Source: Acutalibacteraceae bacterium
GTDB taxonomy: Bacteria; Bacillota; Clostridia; Oscillospirales; Acutalibacteraceae
Direction of reading: 5' to 3'
DNA: 64,000 nucleotides
NCBI GenBank assembly: GCA_045613805.1
Contig: JAZLBS010000056.1
Location: 32,438 to 96,437 of the forward strand
A program made the position numbers and the translations under genes. Below the pieces are notes generated by a model, which was not told where the DNA came from, searched no databases, and worked only from the letters and a program-made list of their open reading frames with translations. This document shows, piece after piece, positions 47,001 to 55,572 of this stretch (position 1 is the first letter of the stretch; every line of letters starts with the position of its first letter).

Positions 47001-50000
47001 ATGCATTTGTCCTTACGGTAGTCTGAGTCTGTATCATTGAAGCTATTGATAAGAGACATATCAGTCACAGATATATCTTTGATGTACTTAGAATCGTCCA
47101 TACATTGTTCAAGCAGCTGCACATACATCTGAGCAAAACCGGTTATCTTTTCCTCTTTAAACAGCTCACTGCAGTATTCGATAGCAAGGACCACATCATC
47201 TTTTCTGGGCAGAATATTGAAGGTCATATCGCATTTTGAAACTTCGGTTGATAATGGTATGAGCTCTGCCTTCTTATCTGCAAATGATATATCTGTCATT
47301 TCAAAGCTCTGGTATGCAAGCATTACATCGTATACAGGGTTTCTACCTGATGCAGTTATACCAAGCTTCTTTACTAATTCTCCGAAGGGATAATTCTGGT
47401 TATCTATTGCTTCTATTGAACACTCTCTGATTTCAGTGAGCAGCTCAGAGAATTTCTTGTTTCCTTCAGGTCTGCTTCTGAGAGCTATTGTATTTACAAA
47501 CATACCGATGGCTCTGAGATGTCTGCTCTGTCTTCCGCTTATGGGTGTACCTGTAATAATATCCTCAGTTCCTGATAACTTGGAAAGAAACACACTGAAG
47601 CAAGCCATATAGTATACATATGGCGTTATTCCTCTTTCTTTACATTTCTCTTCTATTCTTTTATGAAGGCTGATATCTATCTGCTCATAGATATTGCTTC
47701 CCTTGAAGCTCTGTACGGCACCTCTCTGGCAATCTGTCGGTAGATTGAGCCCGAATTTTTCATCTGAAAACAGATTCAACCAGTACTTTTCGTTATCTTC
47801 GGTATATTTGTCTGTAACAGCAAACTCTCCGTACTGTACTGCTTCTCCTGATAATTCTCTGCCCATATACAGTTCATTGAGCTCTCTGAAGAATACGGGC
47901 ATGCTTTCTCCGTCAACTGTGATATGGTGCATACTTATGATAACGGTATCGTTGTTGCATCCTACTCGCAGAAGAGGTGATTTGCCAAGATCAAAGGGTT
48001 TAGTGAAGGTGTTGATATCTTCGATGCTTTCCACCGATATTTCTGCACTTTCATCAATAACCTGACAGATTACACCGTCTCTGTTTTCAAAGTGAGTTCT
48101 TAAGCTTTCGTGTCTTTCTATGAGCTTGTTGACTGCTTCTCTGAGTCTTGTTTTATCGATACTGTCACTCTTGAATGCATAAGTAACATTGTAGAGGGTT
48201 GTATCAGGAACAAGCATCTGGGCTGTATATACGCGCATCTGGGCTGCTGTTGCCGGAATTACATTTCCGTATTCTATACTCTCTTCTTCCTGCTCTTTTG
48301 CTTCAAGCTTTTCTGCAAGCTCACGGATATCCTTACCTGAGAATATTTTCTTTATCGGTACGGTGTAGCCCTTTTCCTCAATTCTTGCCGTAAGCTCTAT
48401 TGCCTTTAAGCTGTCGCCGCCGATATCAAAGAAGTTATCAAGGATACTTACTCTTTCTGCTCCGAGTACATCCACTATACAATCGATAAGTATCTTTTCT
48501 TCTTCTGTTCCGGGAGCAACATATTCTGTTTCCGTACTGATATTTTCAAGCTCAATTTCAGGTAATGCATTTCTGTTTGCCTTACCGCTTGAGGTCATGG
48601 GCATTTCTTCAAGATGTGTGAAGATATGGGGCACCATATACTTAGGAAGGCGCTTACCAAGCTCTTCTCTGAGTGCCTTTGATGCTTTTTCTTCGCCTGT
48701 ATAGAAGGCACAGATAAGCTGTCTGCCTTCCTTGTCTTTGCGGACTACTGCAACAGCACGGTCGATATTATCTGTTGCCTGCAGTGCACTTTCAATTTCT
48801 CCCAGCTCTATTCTCAGTCCTCTTATCTTTACCTGGAAGTCACTTCTGCCCACAAATACAATGTTGCCGTCTTCACGCCAATATGCATTATCACCTGTTC
48901 TGTAAAGCTTGCCTTCACCGAAGGGGTTATCGATGAATTTTTCGGCTGTGAGTTCAGGTCGGTTGAGATAACCCTGACCTACATTCATGCCTGCAATGCA
49001 AAGCTCTCCTGTTACTCCGACGGGTACAGGCTTCATATATTTGTCTGTAATGTATATCTGCGTATTGTGAATAGGTTTACCGATAGGCACAGGGTCAATA
49101 TCTGTCGGTGCACAGTCATAATATGTTACGTCAACGGCACATTCGGTAGGTCCGTAAAGGTTATGAATACTTACCTTTTCATAATCATACATTCTGTAAA
49201 ATCTCTCTATGAGATTTGCGGTTAAAGCCTCACCTGACAGGAATACATATCTTACTGAATTAAACTTTTCTATTTCATCTGTATGAACTTCAAGATAGTT
49301 AAGGAACAGCTCAAATACCGACGGCACAAAATGAATATGTGTAACCTTATTCTGACTTGCTTCATCGAGTATTTTAGCAGGAAGGAAGTGCTCTCCCGGC
49401 TTTGATACTGCCAATTTTCCTCCGCACATACCCCACCAGAAATGCTCCCACACTGATACGTCAAAGGTATAGGGTGTTTTCTGTAAAATTACATCATCTG
49501 TACCAAGAGGATACTTGTCGTGCATCCATAATATACGGTTAACGGCAGACCTGTGGCTTACCTTTGCTCCCTTGGGGTTACCCGTAGAGCCTGAGGTATA
49601 GATTACGTAAGCTGTATCGTCAGCTTCGGCTGCGCATGGCGGTATATTACTACTGTCATTTTCATCTTTGATAAGCTCTGTCATATCTATACAGGGTATA
49701 TTCTTCACCTTGTCGGCAAATTTATCCTGAACGGCAACTGCTTTCGCTCCGCTGTTTTTCAGTATATATTCTATTCTGTCCTGCGGATAATCAGGATCGA
49801 CAGGAAGATATGCATTGCCACCTCGGATTGTACCGTAAATAGCTGCATACATTTCAATTGAACGCTCAGTAATTATTGCGATAACTGACTTTTTATTTTC
49901 GGTAATACTGCGTATTTTCCCATCAATGCTTTCGCTCAGATTTAACAGTTCACCAAAGCTTACTGACATTTCTGATGTTGATATACAAATTTTATCCTTG

Positions 50001-51343
50001 TTCTCTTTGGCTGTCTTTTCAAATAGACTGTAAAGAGTAGAGTTTTCCGGAACATTATAGCTATAAACTGTATCGTTGAAATCAACATGTATTTTTTTCT
50101 TTTCTTCAGCTGAAAGCATTTCAAGCTCTGAGATTTTTTTCTCAGGATTCTCAAGTGCATCTTCAATTATAGCGATAAAAGAGTTCAACATAGTCTGAAT
50201 TTCTTTTTCAGTGAACATAGATGTTCGGTAACGAATTTTGAGATTGTGCTTTTCATTTCCGAAAGACTGCATATGAATCTCAAGAGGAAGAGAAAGAGAG
50301 TTACTGTAAACAAATTCAAACTCATAATCCTCGTTTTCGTCAAACTCCTGATAATCTGCAGCAATATCAAAAAGGTTGTTTTGCGGCTTACCTTCTTCTT
50401 TTAAAAGCTCTTTAATATCGTGTTGAGTGAACTTCTGGTGTCTGAATAAATTCATTTGTGCATCTTCAATTCCGGCAGCATTTTGTAAAAATGAACTGTC
50501 TGAAAGTTTTACAATCAAAGGGACGATGTGCATATAAAGTCCAATCGTATTAAGTTCAGCTTCAGTTGTTCTGTTAAGTACAGGAATTCCAAGTGTAAAG
50601 AAATCTGTTCCTGATGTTCTGTAAATATACACAGAATATACTGTATTGAAAAAGCTCTGAACAGATATTTCGTTATTGTAACAATATGTTTTAATTTTAT
50701 CAAACATTTCAGGAGCTACACTAAAATTAACCTCATCAGATGCGTAATCGAATGAGGTTTTCTTTTCTTCAAATATTGAGCATTGAGGGTTTAATGAAAA
50801 TTGATTTAACCAAAAATCATAGTCTTTTTTATAACGTTTTGAACCGATATAAGTTTTTTCATTCTGTATATGTGTTTGATAGTCTTCTGCTTTTTTCGAA
50901 TAGGATCCTTCATTTATAACAGTATTCAAAAAATCACACATTATTTGTCCGCTAAGACCATCAAGTATCAAATGATGGGCATTTATTATATAACCGGAAC
51001 CTCCATCAGTTTGAAAAATTATACAACCAAATAAACTTTGTTTAATGTCAATAGGTTTATTAACTAAAAGGTTTACTTCCTTTACCAGATGTTCCTTATT
51101 GTCGAAGCTCATAAAAGGATAATTAACTCTTTTGAAAGGTGTAACAGTTGTACTTGAGTTGCTATTTGATACAATTCTTATAGAATCAAATTTTTCAACG
51201 AAACAATTAAAAGAATCATTTAACCGTTCGTATGAATATCTTTTATAAAACCAACAAACCAGGCCATGGTTCCAAAGGTTTTCCTTAGATTTTATCAAAA
51301 AATTTTTTTGCGATGAAGTAACCTCAAATTTCAAAAATATCAC
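43991..51343 (-). CDS. NRPS, modules 1-2: Cs(starter C)-A(Ser)-T-C-A(Asn-like)-T-E
   Basis: Starter-type C domain (HHLILDGLS). A1 code DVWHFSLVDK (Ser). T1 (FFDIGGDSLKAIEL). C2 (MHHITVDGES). A2 code read as DLPKIGEVSK, closest remembered code Asn DLTKLGEVGK. T2 (FFNSGGDSIKAIY). The terminal domain has the epimerase-type motif HHFLVDLVSWEIL. The start is a GTG at 51343 or a TTG at 51334; this is uncertain. Confidence 0.9.
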   Translation of the reverse strand: MIFLKFEVTSSQKNFLIKSKENLWNHGLVCWFYKRYSYERLNDSFNCFVEKFDSIRIVSNSNSSTTVTPFKRVNYPFMSFDNKEHLVKEVNLLVNKPIDIKQSLFGCIIFQTDGGSGYIINAHHLILDGLSGQIMCDFLNTVINEGSYSKKAEDYQTHIQNEKTYIGSKRYKKDYDFWLNQFSLNPQCSIFEEKKTSFDYASDEVNFSVAPEMFDKIKTYCYNNEISVQSFFNTVYSVYIYRTSGTDFFTLGIPVLNRTTEAELNTIGLYMHIVPLIVKLSDSSFLQNAAGIEDAQMNLFRHQKFTQHDIKELLKEEGKPQNNLFDIAADYQEFDENEDYEFEFVYSNSLSLPLEIHMQSFGNEKHNLKIRYRTSMFTEKEIQTMLNSFIAIIEDALENPEKKISELEMLSAEEKKKIHVDFNDTVYSYNVPENSTLYSLFEKTAKENKDKICISTSEMSVSFGELLNLSESIDGKIRSITENKKSVIAIITERSIEMYAAIYGTIRGGNAYLPVDPDYPQDRIEYILKNSGAKAVAVQDKFADKVKNIPCIDMTELIKDENDSSNIPPCAAEADDTAYVIYTSGSTGNPKGAKVSHRSAVNRILWMHDKYPLGTDDVILQKTPYTFDVSVWEHFWWGMCGGKLAVSKPGEHFLPAKILDEASQNKVTHIHFVPSVFELFLNYLEVHTDEIEKFNSVRYVFLSGEALTANLIERFYRMYDYEKVSIHNLYGPTECAVDVTYYDCAPTDIDPVPIGKPIHNTQIYITDKYMKPVPVGVTGELCIAGMNVGQGYLNRPELTAEKFIDNPFGEGKLYRTGDNAYWREDGNIVFVGRSDFQVKIRGLRIELGEIESALQATDNIDRAVAVVRKDKEGRQLICAFYTGEEKASKALREELGKRLPKYMVPHIFTHLEEMPMTSSGKANRNALPEIELENISTETEYVAPGTEEEKILIDCIVDVLGAERVSILDNFFDIGGDSLKAIELTARIEEKGYTVPIKKIFSGKDIRELAEKLEAKEQEEESIEYGNVIPATAAQMRVYTAQMLVPDTTLYNVTYAFKSDSIDKTRLREAVNKLIERHESLRTHFENRDGVICQVIDESAEISVESIEDINTFTKPFDLGKSPLLRVGCNNDTVIISMHHITVDGESMPVFFRELNELYMGRELSGEAVQYGEFAVTDKYTEDNEKYWLNLFSDEKFGLNLPTDCQRGAVQSFKGSNIYEQIDISLHKRIEEKCKERGITPYVYYMACFSVFLSKLSGTEDIITGTPISGRQSRHLRAIGMFVNTIALRSRPEGNKKFSELLTEIRECSIEAIDNQNYPFGELVKKLGITASGRNPVYDVMLAYQSFEMTDISFADKKAELIPLSTEVSKCDMTFNILPRKDDVVLAIEYCSELFKEEKITGFAQMYVQLLEQCMDDSKYIKDISVTDMSLINSFNDTDSDYRKDKCIHELFEEQAERTPDKAAVVASDKTLTYRQLNEEANRIAHALIEKGIGKGDIVGLMLPRKSCFMVALFGVLKTGAAYLPLDPDHPEERNRTILVDSNAKLCISEENFYGLLENYVAENPDSAVVPDDFCYCIYTSGSTGSPKGALLYHRNLVWYMSVLKNLYGTENINMPFFTSQSVDLTVPSIYFPLITGGTVYMYNGELKNDLVSIFDNEKLNIIKFTPTHIGIVNKLVPAKSCPNIRCVIVGGESFYKDTCAQFLNKFGKHIEIHNEYGPTEATVSCTDFIVSPEDNTDGTYFSIGSPVNNAKIYITDNYLKPVAVGVTGELCIAGDGVGAGYLNNPELTAEKFIDNPFGNGKLYKTGDNAYWREDGSIVFAGRKDFQVKIRGLRIELGEIESAISGIDGINMSAAVVRSDAQDRALICAFYTGEKTEANQFRQILGERLPKYMIPHIFVHLKEMPLTVSGKIDRNALPEIELESISTETEYIVPKTVKEKALSDAVCSVMKLNSISMQDNFFNSGGDSIKAIYIVSELEEQGYELHISDVMQKETFSEMAEAMKSISEKVIYVQDEVNGYIPFSPIMRTYLKENDTVSDDFVHTCTVSVDCDEETAVKALDVLVSHHDILRGTVCEKGIIVHSSKDRDVYSTERITAADADSLRKYFEEKTLHEKPVHITFCNTDEGNFISISIHHFLVDLVSWEILIRDFMTVVEQLKNKEPISLPAKTASFKLWNEELQKYAESISEESKLYWKSVDEKLDNVKVFSEEKTDSEKAEKISFVLDKSLTGKLLNDTNYKYGTKPNEVLLTALGLAAAEMAEGSVGIIIEGHGRAELNKPIAIDRTVGWFTVCYPVVIDNNSNITDELINIKETLRRIPRGGVDYLLLSQEFHKNAEIKFNFYQADKDEKSRLVGFNSNGSVFRNRINVDCSVTEGILSVSISVPRWKYEAKFGERLGMVFREYIEKLVAACTENDIIIKTRSDFSDDELTESELDELKDLFDWTGDYEQ

Positions 51344-51368
51344 CTTTCAACCATATAATAATAAGACA

Positions 51369-52016
51369 TCATTTTTCCAGCGGAGTATCGTATAGTTTTA
51401 AATATGTATTACTTTCTTGTGCTGCATGTTTGCAAAAGAAATTAAAATAACGAGTAAATTTTCTTGCTTGCTGTTCTGTTAAATTGTCAACGCCTGTAAA
51501 AGCTTCTGCTTCTTCAAATAAAAATGTTGCATTGTGTGCCACATACTCTTTGCCGAGCTCAACATAAAAACAAAGAGTTTGCTCAAAACTTACATTCTCA
51601 ATCATGCCATAATCAATGCCGTGACTCAATATTCCACCAAAAGAACAGTCCAAGTATGCTGTAAAAGATTCTAAATATTTTTCACAACATCTGCGTTGAG
51701 AAGCTTCCGGATAACCGCTTTGCAATACATATGAAATGTTTTTATTTTTAATAGAATTTTTATTCTTAGATAATAGTTCTAAAAACTCCTTAAACAGACT
51801 TGGTACAATACCCACATAAACAGGTGTTGCAAAAACAATGTTATCTGCATCTGAAATTTTCTTTATTATTTGTTCCCATTCTGTCCTTTTGCATAAATAC
51901 AAAATTTCTGTTTCGCCCTTGCTTTCCAATATTCCTTTTTTAAAAGCCTTTATAAGCCTGTTTGTGTTACTGTATTCAAGAGAATGAGGTGTAGCGCTTA
52001 TTATCAAAACATGCAT
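51369..52016 (-). CDS. Flavodoxin-fold NAD(P)H-dependent FMN reductase-like protein
   Basis: MHVLIISATPHS..NTNRL..(x)..DADNIVFATPVYVGIVPSLFKEFLE, typical of the FMN_red/flavodoxin_2 family. SD GAGGAGG. 13-nt overlap with the upstream gene. Confidence 0.6.
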   Translation of the reverse strand: MHVLIISATPHSLEYSNTNRLIKAFKKGILESKGETEILYLCKRTEWEQIIKKISDADNIVFATPVYVGIVPSLFKEFLELLSKNKNSIKNKNISYVLQSGYPEASQRRCCEKYLESFTAYLDCSFGGILSHGIDYGMIENVSFEQTLCFYVELGKEYVAHNATFLFEEAEAFTGVDNLTEQQARKFTRYFNFFCKHAAQESNTYLKLYDTPLEK

Positions 52017-52516
52017 TTTATCGCCTCCTCAATATCAGCCAAGTGAAAAGTTCCCAGCGATTTATCACTGAAATGGTCCACATATAAATCCAACCAAGAG
52101 TTAAGCATAGTATTATCTGCTTCACCCTTATAAAGAACACCAATATTAAACTCTTTTGAATACCTTGACGGGTGTCTTATTTGCCCGTTTCTCCATTCGG
52201 AATAAACTATAACAAAACAATATCTTCTTTCAAAAAGCCGCATAGCTTTGTAGCTTAGAAAATTCATTTCTGTATCGGCAATAAATATTATATTGTCATA
52301 TTTAAAAAATAATCGTGCAATATCATTGTAATCGTCATTCAAACAACAAACACCAGGATTTTCAATCATACATTTATTGCATCCCGTACAATGCATAATA
52401 TTCATTTCACAGGTATTTACAACCTTTACATTGTCTGATATTTCCGAAAGTTTTTTTATAGCCTTAATCGCATCTTCATCATCTTCCGGCAAAGTATTAA
52501 TTATAAGCAAACTCAT
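52004..52516 (-). CDS. Flavodoxin-fold protein with a Cys cluster (iron-sulfur flavoprotein-like)
   Basis: MSLLIINT.. ..IMHCTGCNKCMIENPGVCCLNDDY.. ..DNIIFIADTEMNFLSYKAMRLFER resembles the Isf/NADPH-dependent FMN reductase family. Confidence 0.5.
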   Translation of the reverse strand: MSLLIINTLPEDDEDAIKAIKKLSEISDNVKVVNTCEMNIMHCTGCNKCMIENPGVCCLNDDYNDIARLFFKYDNIIFIADTEMNFLSYKAMRLFERRYCFVIVYSEWRNGQIRHPSRYSKEFNIGVLYKGEADNTMLNSWLDLYVDHFSDKSLGTFHLADIEEAIKCMF

Positions 52517-52536
52517 ATTTTATCATCTTCCAAATC

Positions 52537-52758
52537 TTATAATACTTTCTCAAGATATTCCACAACATCCTTGACAGTTTTGAACTTCTTCATGTCAGCA
52601 TTTGAAATCTCAATATCATATTCATCCTCAATTGCACAAATAAGCTGAACAAGACCTAAAGAAGAAAGTGGTAAATCCTTCATTTTGGTTTTCAAAGTCA
52701 ATTCTATATCTTCACGACCTACAACATCATTAAAAAGCTTCTGAAGTTCTGAAAGCAT
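52537..52758 (-). CDS. Stand-alone acyl carrier protein
   Basis: 73 aa, acidic, four-helix pattern. The phosphopantetheine-attachment context is ..DLPLSSLGLVQLICAIEDEY.. . SD AAAGGAG. Starts 5 nt after the ligase stop. Confidence 0.75.
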   Translation of the reverse strand: MLSELQKLFNDVVGREDIELTLKTKMKDLPLSSLGLVQLICAIEDEYDIEISNADMKKFKTVKDVVEYLEKVL

Positions 52759-52763
52759 ATTAA

Positions 52764-54494
52764 TTACTCCTTTATATCGTTTATCTCTTTTTCTAAAGAC
52801 AGATAATTCACCTTACCCATATTTGTTACAGGCAATTCATCTCTGAATATAATCTCATGAGGAAGAGAATATTCAGACAGATTGTTCTTACAACATTCCA
52901 TTATCTTTTCTTTCACTGCATCTTTGTCGGCATCCTTGTTGTTAAGTACAACAAATGCAGCGATTTTCTGTCCGTAAATTCTGTCACTTACCCCGACTAC
53001 ACAGCTCTGAGCCACAGCAGGACAGGTGCATATAGCATCTTCAACCTGTGTTGCATATACATTGTAACCGCCGCAGATTATCATACGGGAATTTCGCTGG
53101 CGGAAGTATATGAAACCGTCCTTATCTTTAGAAAACATATCGCCCGTGTGAAGCCACACCTTACCGTCACTGTGTAACTGTAAAGCCTTTGCGGTAGCCT
53201 CTTCATTTTTATGGTAGCCTTTCATTACAAGCGGGCCTGAAACACAAAGCTCACCGTCTTCACCGTCAGGCAATTCTTCTTGTGTTCCGGGTTTGACTAT
53301 TTTAAAATATACATCGGGATATGCAATACCCGCACTACCGATTCTTGTATCAAACTTAGGATTTATAGAACAGCCTGCAACACATTCAGTCTGACCGTAA
53401 GCCTCCCTGAGCACTACGTCAGCTCCGCCCTTTTTCAGCGTTTTATTGACTCTTTTCTGAAGCTTTTCAGGAAGCTTGTCGCCACCACAAACAAGAAGCT
53501 CCATAAAAGACAAATCTGCTTTATCAATATATTCACTTCTTATAAGCGCTTCAAATAGGCCGGGCACACCGTAAATACAATTAATCTTTTTCTTAAAGAT
53601 CAGCTTACTGCATTCATTGAAATCATATTTCGGAAGAAGATACACATGAAAGCCTAAGCTTAACATTGCATGAACACAAATCACCAGGCCAAACCCATGA
53701 AAAAGAGGCATAACAGCAAGAGATTTTTTTCCGACTACATCCTCTATACCGCCAATATCATATGTGTGTAATGCAAGACTGTTTATATTAAGATTGGTTA
53801 TCATAACACCTTTTGGTGTACCCGAAGAACCGCCACTGTAAAGAATAACGGCTGTATCGTCTGCTTTACCGTCATCTGTCGGCAATTCTCTTTTCTCTCT
53901 TTTGCCTTCGCTAATAAAATCATTCCAATAAATAACATCATGCTCCGGATTGAAAGTAAGCTTCAATTTATTCTTTGCTGAATAGACAGGCTTAGCATAC
54001 CAAGGCAGAGCATCAGCAATTTTCGCAAGAATCATTTTAGGCTCTTTTGAGGTATTCCACCGGATTTTCGCGAATTTAGGATAAATCATATCCAGGGTAA
54101 GAATTGCCACACTATCGGTATTTTCTACAAACTCCTGAATCTCTTTTGCAGAAAGTAGGGGATGAATCATATTGGCTATTGCACCTATACGGTTAAGTGC
54201 ATATATCATAAAAAGAGCTTGGGGTGTATTCGGTGCAACAATAGAAACACAGTCTCCTTTTTTAACCCCTGTTGCAATCAATGCCTTTGCAGCTTCTTCT
54301 ATATTTTTTATCAATTGCTTATAGGAATATTTTTTTCCCTGAAACTCTAAAGCACATAAATCAGGATATTTTAAAGCGCCTCTCCTCAGATGCTCAAAAA
54401 AAGAATATTCCGGATATTCAGAAATCCACTTGTCCGGATTCATATGGTCAAACCATATGGTTTTCACTCTATCCACAACAAACACCTCCCCCAT
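52764..54494 (-). CDS. Acyl-AMP/acyl-CoA ligase (ANL superfamily), the presumed lipo-initiation enzyme loading the adjacent ACP
   Basis: AMP-binding motifs (LYSGGSSGTPKG, EAYGQTE, GELCVSG, HTGD, GGYNV). The start is uncertain. The ATG at 54494 lies only about 10 nt from the -10 box and has no SD. An in-frame GTG at 54476 is preceded by GGGGGAGGTG. Confidence 0.8.
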   Translation of the reverse strand: MGEVFVVDRVKTIWFDHMNPDKWISEYPEYSFFEHLRRGALKYPDLCALEFQGKKYSYKQLIKNIEEAAKALIATGVKKGDCVSIVAPNTPQALFMIYALNRIGAIANMIHPLLSAKEIQEFVENTDSVAILTLDMIYPKFAKIRWNTSKEPKMILAKIADALPWYAKPVYSAKNKLKLTFNPEHDVIYWNDFISEGKREKRELPTDDGKADDTAVILYSGGSSGTPKGVMITNLNINSLALHTYDIGGIEDVVGKKSLAVMPLFHGFGLVICVHAMLSLGFHVYLLPKYDFNECSKLIFKKKINCIYGVPGLFEALIRSEYIDKADLSFMELLVCGGDKLPEKLQKRVNKTLKKGGADVVLREAYGQTECVAGCSINPKFDTRIGSAGIAYPDVYFKIVKPGTQEELPDGEDGELCVSGPLVMKGYHKNEEATAKALQLHSDGKVWLHTGDMFSKDKDGFIYFRQRNSRMIICGGYNVYATQVEDAICTCPAVAQSCVVGVSDRIYGQKIAAFVVLNNKDADKDAVKEKIMECCKNNLSEYSLPHEIIFRDELPVTNMGKVNYLSLEKEINDIKE

Positions 54495-54503
54495 CTTACT
54501 CGT

Positions 54504-54532
54504 ATTTTATCACTTATAGATTAAAAATTCAA
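54504..54532 (-). promoter_or_regulatory. Sigma-A type promoter of the NRPS operon
   Basis: The minus strand reads TTGAAT-17 nt-TAAAAT. Confidence 0.55.
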
Positions 54533-54676
54533 GTACATTGACTAAATGTATGGTTCAAGTAAAGCTCAACATAAATAGTTTTATTTTTCAAAATTCAAAA
54601 CAACTGAATAAAAAACAGGAATCTTAAGTTTGCGATTCCTATGATTTTTTGTCAGAAACATAAAAGTCTAATCTGA

Positions 54677-54835
54677 TATCAGTCCTCATTGAAATATCAA
54701 CCGAGTTTTGAAAAGAAGAAAATGATTGTGAACTGCCTGATTAAACGGGTTGAGGTCAGCAGAGGGTATAAGCTGAAAGTTGAGTTTAATATTAACTTTG
54801 AGCAGTTTATGACAGGTATTGATAAAGCACTGTAA
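54677..54835 (+). pseudogene. Possible 3' remnant of a large serine recombinase-type gene (C-terminal about 50 codons only)
   Basis: Hand translation: YQSSLKYQPSFEKKKMIVNCLIKRVEVSRGYKLKVEFNINFEQFMTGIDKAL*. The ..LIKRVEV..x..KLKVEFNINF.. ending resembles the C-terminal beta-hairpin tail of Clostridial serine recombinases, from memory only. An imperfect hairpin follows (54843-54880). Confidence 0.3.
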
Positions 54836-54886
54836 TAACAAAAGGCTTCCCATAGTTTTCTTTCTATGAGGAGCCATTTTATACTG

Positions 54887-55351
54887 TTAAAAATTCTCTA
54901 TCAGATATTCTTTTGCTTTTATCGTTACGAAAAAAAATTCTCTAGCAGGAACAGGGTCTGCTGCATAATCAACTAATTTTTGTCTGCGCTTCTCCAGTGG
55001 ATTGCGTTCTTCCCATTCAATAAACTTTCGTAGCCTTTCTTTTATTAAAGATTTATTTGTCCACTCATCACACCATTTTTCAAATTTAGTCATAATTTCT
55101 TGTGGTGTTGTAGGTTCAATATCTGTCATCCAATGACCATAATACAAATCTGTCGGCATTAAATCATTTATAAAAATTCCGGGACTAATATAATAATCCT
55201 CTTTATCATAAGAACTGCCTTGTATTAAGAAAGAAATGGTAAAATCATCCGTTTGTTTCGTCCATCTTTTGTTTTTCTTTTTAAATCCCTTTGCCTTTAA
55301 ATACGGCTTAACAAATTCAATCAATTCTGTTTCAGATAGTTTGTATTTCAT
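54887..55351 (-). CDS. Small cytoplasmic protein (154 aa), unknown function (DUF4304-like from memory)
   Basis: ORF with SD AGGTGGTGA and its own promoter. No TM segment and no catalytic motif. Confidence 0.5.
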   Translation of the reverse strand: MKYKLSETELIEFVKPYLKAKGFKKKNKRWTKQTDDFTISFLIQGSSYDKEDYYISPGIFINDLMPTDLYYGHWMTDIEPTTPQEIMTKFEKWCDEWTNKSLIKERLRKFIEWEERNPLEKRRQKLVDYAADPVPAREFFFVTIKAKEYLIENF

Positions 55352-55369
55352 AATTTCACCACCTATGAA

Positions 55370-55397
55370 ATTATATAATAATCATAAAATCAATCAA
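55370..55397 (-). promoter_or_regulatory. Sigma-A type promoter of the 154-aa gene
   Basis: The minus strand reads TTGATT-16 nt-TATAAT, 18 nt upstream of the ATG at 55351. Confidence 0.5.
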
Positions 55398-55435
55398 CAT
55401 ACCCGTAAAGCAGAAACGCACCCAACAATAAGCAT

Positions 55436-55474
55436 AATAAGCCTGTTGAACAAGCAGTTAACAACAGGCTTATT
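55436..55474 (-). terminator. Perfect 13-bp hairpin ending the five-gene Hsp70-like/AAA+ operon
   Basis: AATAAGCCTGTTG (55436-55448) pairs with CAACAGGCTTATT (55462-55474). It lies about 100 nt downstream of the stop at 55573. The T-tract is only moderate. Confidence 0.45.
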
Positions 55475-55572
55475 GATTTAATATACTTAAAAATAAAATA
55501 TAATAACCGGATTTTCAATATAAGAATAGTTTTAAGAAATTTTCTTATAGTATGTTGCAATCTGATGTGTTA

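Noticed and set aside
54686-54877. 63-aa minus-strand ORF between the NRPS cluster and the 154-aa gene
   Set aside because: It has no SD and overlaps the plus-strand recombinase-like remnant and a hairpin. Its composition is not protein-like.
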